The notes under the pieces: model-generated
Databases searched by the model: none
Told to the model about the DNA's origin: nothing
What the model saw: only the letters and a program-made list of their open reading frames with translations
Program-made: the position numbers and the translations under genes
NCBI GenBank assembly: GCA_032718475.1
Contig: JAUCBJ010001751.1
Coordinates: forward strand, 1 to 40,159
Origin: Nemertoderma westbladi
Lineage: Eukaryota; Animalia; Xenacoelomorpha
Direction of reading: 5' to 3'
DNA length: 40,159 nt
Shown: piece by piece, positions 34,061-40,159 of the stretch
Layout of the letters: each line of letters begins with the position of its first letter
Position numbering within the stretch: the stretch's first letter is position 1

Positions 34061-34399
34061 GTATATAATACTTTTCTATTGTTCTAGAACTCTTCAATGT
34101 TGCCATAGTAACAATGACATAAGTTTTAAAAATGCAGTTCTATACGGAACTGTTACCTTTTTTTCTTTTCTAAGATATGTTATGGTAGCTAGTATTTTTG
34201 TACAAGCTACACTGTAGTATTTTTTAAAATTATATTTAGCTTTGCCAACAACAATGCGATGTATTTGACTTCAAAGTTACTGCAGATTTCGTATCATTCC
34301 TTGTAAATTATTGGAATATAGGAAATGTTAAAACAACAACAGCAGGTTCCCGGAAATGCGATCCCTCCAAATATCCAATATATTCGACTACCGATGATC

Positions 34400-35072
34400 C
34401 TATATTCGGCTACCCGAGTGTATGGGTGGGCGCTACTCCTATCTGCTATCCTAAGGTAGGGGTGGGCGCTACTCCTATCTGCTATCCTAAGGTAGGGGTG
34501 GGCGCTACTCCTATCTGCTTCCCGAAGGCAGGGCTGCGCGCTACTCATATCTGCTATCCCAAGGTAGGGGTGGGCGCTACTCATATATCTGCTACCCGAA
34601 GGTAGGGGTGGGCGCTACTCCTATCTGCTACCCGAAGGTAGGGGTGGGCGCAACTCATATATCTGCTACCCGAAGGTAGGGGTGGGCGCTACTCCTATCT
34701 GCTACCCGAAGGTAGGGGTGGGCGCAACTCCTATCTGCTATCCTAAGGTAGGGGTGGGCGCTACTCATATATCTGCTACCCGAAGGTAGGGGTGGGCGCT
34801 ACTCCTATCTGCTACCCGAAGGTAGGGGTGGGCGCAACTCCTATCTGCTATCCTAAGGTAGGGGTGGGCGCTACTCATATCTGCTACCCGAAGGCAGGGC
34901 TGCGCGCTACTCCTATCTGCTATCCTAAGGTAGGGGTGGGCGCTACTCATATATCTGCTACCCGAAGGTAGGGGTGGGCGCTACTCCTATCTGCTACCCG
35001 AAGGTAGGGGTGGGCGCAACTCCTATCTGCTAACCGAAGGTAAGGTGGACGCTACTCATATCTGCTACCCGA
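34400..35072. repeat. 36-bp (occasionally 38-bp) G-rich minisatellite, ~18 copies
   Basis: Unit CTATCTGCTACCCGAAGGTAGGGGTGGGCGCTACTC. Gives the 12-aa repeat ORFs on the minus strand. Confidence 0.95.
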
Positions 35073-36245
35073 GGGGGCACTACGATGTTATGGGTACCCA
35101 CTTTTTGACCATTTATTTGACAATGTTAATGGCTATTATCTTGAGGTTTTTTGATTTAGAACATTAATGTCATCTTCTGTTAGACGTTAGCTATTGTTTT
35201 TTTTATGGTAGCTAGTGATTTCTTTTAGGTAGCTACTGTTTTTAAAATTACAACACCAAATTTTTGGTACCTAATTTTTGATCAATTTTTTTACCATGTT
35301 ATTGGATATTATCATGATGTTTTTCGTTCTAGAACATAAATTTCACCTTCTGAGAGAGGTTACCTATAGCTATACCTTGGTTTGTTCTTTTCAGGTTGAT
35401 CCTTGGTGAATATTCAATATAACAGGGGTATAATTTTATCTCCATCGATAAAATCGCGCTTTATCAACAAGATGATAGCAAATGGGGTATCTTTGGGTTG
35501 TTGATATCCTTATAAATGTAATGAAAGGGCAGTGGTGATGTGACATTGATTTTTGATGTGGTATACTGTAGTGAGATGTACAGTAGTGGTAATATGTTAA
35601 TTCGGAGGGGAATAGTGTTTAGATGGATTGTTTTGTTGGGTATTTAGGAGAGATATTGTCCGTTATCATTATAGGTATAGAACCTTTATTAAATAGGAAT
35701 AATATTTATTACGAACTAATCCAATTTTATTCTGTTTTTCTGAAGTTGGGACGTTAGTTTGACCGTCTTAGAGAAAAAAAGTGGAAGATTTAGTTGGAAA
35801 TTTGTTAGTTGGGTAGTGCGCTATGCTGTATCTTACCCATTACATAGGAGCCCAGCCCAACACCTACAGGGGATTTAAGGAATACCCTACCCTGGGTTAG
35901 ATGTCTAGTGTGGCCACTAAAAGTTGCGGAACCCTATACCGCATGGAAATTAAAATCCCTGAAAGTAAAAAATTTGGTAAAAGGGGATGAAAGGGCCTGA
36001 AAATATGTAAATTAATGCAATTGAAATATTTCTGAAAAATATATATGAAAAAGAAGTAAATATCAGCCATATTAATTGCCAATTTGTTCGTTAGTTTATA
36101 TCATGCTAGATGAATTACAATCCCAGTATTTGTCAGATTTGTACAGTACCATTTACCTTAATTTTTAACATGCATGAGTTATGAGTATGTAAGTATATAT
36201 TAATATTCTAGAAGTCCATGGCCAAGTTTTAACTGTAAAATAGGT

Positions 36246-38900
36246 AATTCAGATCACCACGCAACATTTATCATTTTACAAAAATTTAGCTGTATTTTCA
36301 ATGAACCTAAACCACGCCACACTTTCGACTATTCAAAACTTGACGAATCTTCTTTCCTTTCCTGACATTAATAAACTCTCCAACTGGTCCTACACCGATA
36401 AATCAATACCCATCACCTCAAACTTCGACTGTTTTTACGATAATCTCACCAACATTTGCTCCTCTCATATCCCTTCAAAATCATATACACACAAAACTCG
36501 CCCCCTCAAAGCATGGATCACTGAAAGTCTACTCAAATCAATCAGAACTAAAGACAAATTATACTGGAACTATTTAAAAAACCGAACTGAAACCAACCGT
36601 AAATGTTTTACCGATTATCGTAATCATCTCACAAAAACCTTAAAAATTGCCGAAAAAAAATATTATTCGCAACAATTTAATAACAACATTACAAATTCCC
36701 GCAAAACTTGGTTGATAATTAATACTGTACTCCTCAAAACAACTTCAAAATCATCACCCAAAATACATACTTATTATAATAACGAATACCTCCGCACAAA
36801 TTGTATCAGACCCAACTCAAATTACAGAAATATTCAACGAACACTTTTCAACCATTGGAACTAAACTTCAAAATACCTTACCGACTTGCACAACCCGATC
36901 CCCCCTACGCCATAATTAAAATACTAGAGTGAACTCTTTTACATTAACAGAAACATCTCCAATAGAATTACAATACCGAATCCTCAACCTCAAATTAAAC
37001 TGCAGTTCTAACGATCCGTTCCCCACCAAACTACTCCGACTTGCTGCTAAACCACTTTCCCAACACCTGTGCTACTTATTCAACATTTCAATAAAATATG
37101 GCTTTTTTCCCGATTCATTAAAAATTGCTAAAGTTATACCACTATTCAAATCAGACGATCCTACAGACCCGAATAATTACCGTCCTATATCATTACTACC
37201 AGTACTAAGCAAAATTATAGAACAATTAATTAACGAACAATTACAATCCTACTTAAACAAATACTCAATAATTACAGAATCCCAATACGGCTTTAGACCA
37301 AAAACAACCACCTCCCACGCACTACTATCTATAACAGAAAAAATTAACTCTATGTTCGATTGCCATCATTCAACATGCGCCTTATATATTGACCTTAAAA
37401 AGGCCTTTGATACCATAGACTACAAAATCCTTATTAATAAGCTTGAGACCTATGGTATCAGAGGCCTACCCCTTCAACTTATTTCTAGTTTCCTCAATAA
37501 TCGCAAACAATTTGTCTCCATCGACGGCATTAATTCAACTTTATTACCTCTCATTTGTGGTGTCCCCCAGGGATCGGTCCTCTCTCCCATACTATTTCTC
37601 ATTTTTATTAATGACTTACCCAAAGCAACAAACTTACTTTGTACACTTTTCGCTGACGACACAACTCTACTCAACTCACATCGTGATATCCACTCATTAA
37701 TATCTAGTACAAACAGTGAATTAACTAAAATCTACGACTGGTTACGTGAAAATAAACTATTACTAAACCTGAAGAAAACTGAGTACACCATATTTACTAA
37801 CCTTCCTATTCCTACAACCACCAATAACAGATTACAACTAAAAATTACCAACACCGACATCAAACAGACAGACAACACAAAATTACTTGGCATTTGGATA
37901 GATTCAAAACTAAAGTGGAAAACACATATAAATCAGGTACTCAAAAAAATTTTTAAATCCAGCGGTATTTTCTATAAACTTAGGCACATATTTCCTCTAC
38001 ATATACTCAGAACCCTCTACTTTTCACTGATCCATCCCTATGTTAATTATGGGATCCTGGTATGGGGTAGCACCCATTCCACCACACTGAAACTACTACG
38101 TACCAAAATCAATAAACTTTTACGCTGTATTGCATTTTCACACTACAGATCGTCATCAATTCCCATTTACAAACAATTAAATATTTTACCACTTAACAAA
38201 CTCTATGAACTATCAGTTTGCACCTTCATGTACGATATTTATTCGAAAACCATAAGCCCAAATTCCACCCTCGGCAAACTATTCCAAAAACGTTCTTCAG
38301 TCCACAACTACCTTACCTTACCCGCAGCGCCTCCCATGGCAACTTCTCAATACCACTATGTCACCTAACTTCCTCACAGAGATCAGTGAGTTTTCGAGGA
38401 CCCTCAATCTGGAATTCTGTGCCACTAGAGATACACAATAAAAAATCAAAATCGTCTTTTACGTCAAACTTAAAAAATCACTTATTTTCAGAGCTATAAC
38501 ATTTACCGTTAATTTTAATTTTAATATTCAATCATACAAAAATAAAGGTAATAATCCCAATAAAAATTAAAACAGAATTAAAATATATGCGAACCACAAT
38601 ATAGTTAAACTATTTGATTTACGTTACACAATACATACGTGTATGTGTTCGGTAATATAGGCCTACATTCGAAATTTCAAAAGGACCAGGCACCCCCCCC
38701 CCCCCCCCCCCCCCCCTGTTGGTTCTGGCCACCATAGCAAGACGGCACTAGCCTGGCTATTAGTCTTCTGTGGTGGTCGTCTCACACTATACATTTTTTT
38801 CTTTCATTTTTTTTTAAATATTGGTTAAATTGTATTGTTTAATGTTGTTAATATGTATTTAATATGTAACCAGCAGAAAGAAATAAATATCAAGTATCAA
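36246..38900 (+). mobile_element. 5'-truncated, frameshifted CR1/L2-group LINE
   Basis: Begins at the APE C-terminal SDHH motif. ORF2 is split over 36301-36864, 36929-38368 and 38218-38499, with NYRPISLLP, QYGFR, DLKKAFD, GVPQGSVLSP and FADDT. 3' UTR has a stem-loop (about 38728-38778), AATAAA and a short TATCAA tail. Confidence 0.92.
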
Positions 38901-38901
38901 T

Positions 38902-39265
38902 GTAGTGTAGTGCTAAAGTTGCGGAGGCGGATTTATGTAAACAGAGCATACGTTTTATAAACATTGATTTAATTCTATCCAGTTCTTTGAGGTGAGAGAG
39001 AGTTCGTAGGTGGGAAAATGTCCAGAGCGCGTATGTAACCATAGGGTGTATTTTCATGTTGAATATTTTAATTCCAGTTTCGATTGAGACTTGGGGAAGA
39101 TTTATTTAGAGACCCGATAACGCTATATGGTTTCTTCTTTTTGTTTTTGATGTGTTGGGTAAAGCAGAGAGAAGGTTGTAATGTTACTCCTACATATTCG
39201 TAGCTGTTACAGATTGTAATATTATTTTCACCATATGTAAATTTGTCGGATTGAGCGAATCGTCG
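38902..39265 (-). pseudogene. Internal fragment of a LINE ORF2 (post-RT region), abutting the CR1-like tail
   Basis: RFAQSDKFTYGENNITICNSYEYVGVTLQPSLCFTQHI, then after one frameshift LPQVSIETGIKIFNMKIHPMVTYAL...LKELDRIKSMFIKRMLCL. Confidence 0.7.
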
Positions 39266-39525
39266 GATTGATTTATAACATAATTTATGTAATTTTTACA
39301 TTTATTTATACAGCGACTCATTTAATTTGTGCAGTTTCTATCACTTATAATATATATATAATAATTTCGTAATGTTACATACAGTATTTGAATAAAACTA
39401 CATACATACTTGTTGCAAAATACTTTACAGTGTTCTGATCCTCGTGGTTTATTTTCACTCACTCATTAACGTTCGTTCGTGTAACAAAGCCACTCGGATC
39501 ATCACACTTGCTACTTTAAACACAA

Positions 39526-39709
39526 GTAATGCAGTAGTAGGCCTATCTGGCTATCAAGCAATTTCTAATAAATACTGCCTATTGTTTACGTGGTAACCAA
39601 TGAAGGCGTGTTGTAAAGTCTGCTAATGGGACATTACTTAATAATAATACACCAATACAATATACTAAATGTACAGGTCAATACAATACTGTAATGTCTT
39701 CTAGAGTTG
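39526..39709 (-). repeat. Second copy of the 32252-32441 dispersed repeat
   Basis: Reverse complement aligns block-wise with 32252-32441. Confidence 0.75.
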
Positions 39710-39907
39710 TAAAGTGCTAAATAACAACTCGCTGTTAATACTAACGGCGTTGAGTAATGTTACAATTTTGGAATAAAATTATTTCCAAGATTCTATTCTA
39801 AAAATAAGATCGAAATATTGAACTACAGTATATTACATTATTTTATGTAATTTATCTAAACTATGTATTTACTAGTGATATTATAAATTATTAAGTAGTA
39901 AGGTGAT

Positions 39908-40060
39908 CTATCGGAGGTAGTTATAGAGTTTTAGGCAATGGTTTCCACTGTCTGACACGGCTAGGTATCCCTGATCTGTGACCGCCAGCCCCTGTGGTCC
40001 ATACAATGGGTCACCCGCTGTGTTCACGAACGTGATAAACGAGCCAGACTCATCAAAAAT
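39908..40060 (-). CDS. Last coding exon of a TRIM2/TRIM3-like NHL-repeat protein
   Basis: IFDESGSFITFVNTAGDPLYGPQGLAVTDQGYLAVSDSGNHCLKLYNYLR* closely matches the TRIM2/3 C-terminus (PLYGPQGLA...D.GNHC). Preceded by a TTTCTTTCAG acceptor. Confidence 0.9.
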   Translation of the reverse strand: MFDESGSFITFVNTAGDPLYGPQGLAVTDQGYLAVSDSGNHCLKLYNYLR

Positions 40061-40138
40061 CTGAAAGAAATAACAAATTTACAAAATTAAATATTCAAAC
40101 AACAAGAGGGGAGGATATAACGAATAGTAAAAACTCAC

Positions 40139-40159
40139 CTGAACTCTGCTATTTCCCCC
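40139..40159 (-). CDS. Penultimate exon (partial) of the TRIM2/3-like gene
   Basis: GGNSRVQ then CAG|GTGAGT donor. 78-bp phase-0 intron at 40061-40138. The gene continues beyond the window. Confidence 0.85.

Noticed and set aside
34294-34950. 12-aa repeat ORFs on the minus strand
   Set aside because: Minisatellite translation broken by 38-bp units.

Overview
AT-rich animal (invertebrate-type) genomic DNA, dense in transposons. Host genes are a single-ORF BRPF/peregrin scaffold (16425-20402, +), a single-ORF ZNF143/ZNF76 (Staf)-family 7-finger factor (22225-24024, +), and the last two coding exons of a TRIM2/3-like NHL gene (39908-40159, -), which the ORF track missed. Mobile DNA comprises an intact two-ORF LINE (3798-8434) inserted in a non-autonomous ISL2EU-type DNA transposon (3488-9942), two Harbinger-type MITEs, a hAT-like element with a nested TIR element, a small Helitron, a CORE-SINE and several decayed LINE pieces. 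A 7.5 kb 34/35-bp satellite (24449-31954) produces the giant, spurious + strand ORFs. The most unusual signal is at 10257-10696. There a tRNA-derived Pol III head is fused directly to a minimal type I hammerhead ribozyme, followed by a 128-bp tail. A perfect inverted copy of that tail lies upstream and begins 2 nt after the predicted self-cleavage site. This is a candidate ribozyme-processed, Penelope/retrozyme-like SINE. All family assignments come from reading motifs by eye; no searches were run.
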